A DNA stretch of 64,000 bases from Nageia nagi (lineage: Eukaryota; Plantae; Pinophyta), in contig JBITNC010000001.1 of assembly GCA_050084985.1 (NCBI GenBank), positions 19,530,001-19,594,000 on the forward strand, read 5' to 3'. Positions 61,650 through 64,000 of the stretch are shown piece by piece. The position numbers and the translations under genes are program-made. The notes under the pieces were generated by a model. It was not told where the DNA came from. It did no database searches and was given only the letters and a program-made list of their open reading frames with translations. Numbering within the stretch: position 1 is the stretch's first letter; every line of letters begins with the position of its first letter.

Positions 61650-62560
61650 GCCTAAAAGAGGGGCTACCATGTTAGGGGTTGAAATGAATAAGTTTGAATG
61701 CTCAACAAATATCTCTTGGTCCTCCACAGTTGGATGACTTTCCTAGAAGCCTATAGGGATGCAAGATGCACCAAAGTGACTTTTAGGGTTGGATGCCTCA
61801 CCTAATGCGTAAGTTTGAAATCTAATGAAGCTCAATTTTGAACCCTAAATGGATCCACCAATGGAAGACTTGAGGCTTTTCATCATCAAGTCTTTTGCAC
61901 TAAGAGGGTTTTTGTCACTAAGGTTTACTCTTGTAGGTTTATGTCCACAAGAGATGGAGAAGCAAACTACTCTAGAAAAGAAGAAAAAGATGATTTAATA
62001 ATGGTCTTGAAATGGGGGCATTCCTTCCTTATATAAACAAACATCTCTCCATAAGTGACATGGTCAACTTGCCTTGGGAATAAAAGTATTTTCATAATGG
62101 TCAACCTTCCTAGATGTTTTATTCTCACCTCAAAATTACAAATTACAATGCTATACTTGGGCATCCCATCTTGGGTTCACAAATTTTAGATTATTTAAAA
62201 AAATGATATTTAATAATACCAAAAATATCAAATATGACTCATAATTACAAAAATTACTCCTAACTACAAAAATCACACCTAACTATCACAAAGAGAGGGG
62301 TGTCCCACTCCAAATGGTCCAATAAAATGTTACAATGCAAAAATGAGTGATATGGGGGATATTACAAGTTTGCCCCTCTCGAATTGCTTATCCCTAAGCA
62401 ATTTAGGGCTGGATGTGGAAGGATTTCATATCCTTCCCATCTTGCATCTTCAACTAGCAATCCCTACCAATTTATTAAGTATTCACTTATGATCTTGTTT
62501 TGCAACTTCTTCTCCTTAATATCCATGATGACAAGAGCAACTAAGAGTACAAAGAACAAA
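61650..62560 (-). mobile_element. Gypsy chromovirus remnant: chromodomain, PPT and start of 3' LTR
   Basis: Minus strand EYLINW*GLLVEDARWE at about 62490-62420; PPT GAGAGGGGCAAACT; LTR start TGTAATATCCCCC at 62366. Confidence 0.75.
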
Positions 62561-63582
62561 GTGAAAGCCACCAAGACTATAAATGCAACACTCATCATAT
62601 CATGGTGAACTCTAAAGCCTTGTTCCTAATAAATAATTACAAAGAGCGATGTTACAAATAAGAGGAATGAGGATTATTTTCAAAATTATTTCCAAACTTC
62701 ATATGCATGCAATTTCTCACTCTCTAAGCTTTTGTTGAATTTTGATGTTGATCAAACTTCATTATTATTCCACCAAGTGTTGTAATATGGAGGATCATAT
62801 TGCTTAACAATTTCATCCAACCCCATTAGAAGAATTGCCTCTTTTATTCCCTTCCCAGTTTGAATGTTGTTAGGCCTTTGAAAATTATCAACAAGTGAAA
62901 AAGGAGGTATTTCATTATTTTCCCTTATTTATTTTAAGAAACCATCTTAAAAATATGCAACTAATAACAAAAATATAATGGATCAAGTTTAATTTTTTAA
63001 TAATAGGAGTGTTTATTATTTATACAAACTCCTTAATTACTTAAAAAGTTTAACTATCATTATTTTCTAGAGTTATGCATTAAATTTTTTTGGTAAGACT
63101 AGCACTAACAATTATCAACTCCACACAAATGGGGTTGAAAAGAAGAATTGAATTTGTTGTATCCTCCATGACTCATTCTAAAATGTGTTTTCCTATCCAA
63201 GCACTTGTTGCCTTGCCCAACCCCTTTTACGAAGTTGAAATATCCTTTCAATATTATTATACGATGTAGCTAAATGTGCAAAATTAGGACTAAATTGAAC
63301 ACCAAAAATGTTGAGATCTTTTGTTTCCCATAAGGTATCACCACATATCAATCTCTCCCTTTTCTTAGTTGTAGTAGCTATGTTGTTGATATCACCAAAG
63401 CAAATCTAAGTGCAAGATTAACAATGGAATGCCTCATTTTCTAATTGTTCAAAAAACCACTACTCACATGAAAAGTTTTTGATCCGAAAAGGATATGAAA
63501 GTTGATATTTTTAGGACCAAGGGTTATACTAGATATTTATGTGCTTAGATATTAATATATATTGAAAATCTAGTTATCTAAT

Positions 63583-64000
63583 TGTTGGAATGTATAATGC
63601 ATTATTGTAAAGGTTATGTAATAATCTTCTATTTAAGTTCACTAATACTTAAGGGTATCATTTTATACCTTAAGTATTTAAGTGAATATTATAATATAAT
63701 TTGTCCTACACTCCATGTCTTGAGCATGCCCCTTGGGTAAAAGGATGTGCATGTCATGCTTTTGTACATCGGATAAAATGGTGATCCAAAGAGGGATTTT
63801 GGTCTATAAATAGAAGGCTCCCTCTTTGTGATCACACACCAATTTGTGGAGTAAAGCCATGCTATAGGATAGTTTTTAGGAGATGAGTTAGGAGAATTGT
63901 AAGAGATTCATGTTTTTGAATGAAGTTGGATCTAGTTATTGGATGTACTCCTAGTTGGAGGAACCACTTACATCTTGTGTTATCTTTGTGAGATTGCTTT
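63583..64000 (+). mobile_element. LTR-like sequence running off the window end
   Basis: TGTTGG start candidate and CTATAAATAG TATA box at about 63804 in LTR-like context. Confidence 0.35.

Overview
AT-rich, CpG-depleted plant nuclear DNA. A gymnosperm origin is inferred from the element types and the giant TE-filled intron. One host gene is present: a minus-strand 60S ribosomal protein L35a (eL33) gene with four coding exons (60413-60444, 31350-31385, 31003-31231, 30840-30899). Its first intron is 29,027 bp. Of that, 27,464 bp is one antisense Ty1/copia element (32282-59745, perfect GCAAG target-site duplication). This element hosts a Gypsy-type fragment with a large extra ORF (itself split by a 3.1 kb LTR-like insert), a MITE, a gag-protease-only Gypsy element with about 3.5 kb LTRs (with a solo LTR inside its 3' LTR), and a truncated hAT transposon. 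The usual stop position of the gene reads CGA, which adds RDLCSC to the protein. The rest of the window is decayed retroelements, including Copia > LINE > non-autonomous Copia nesting at 9.2-19.4 kb and a chromovirus inside a LINE ORF1 at 21.6-28.7 kb. The main unexplained structures are three unrelated arrays of 45-60 bp imperfect palindromes with variable spacers, and a roughly 1,100-codon retroelement ORF that starts right after a strong 3' splice site. All calls were made by eye with no alignments or searches.
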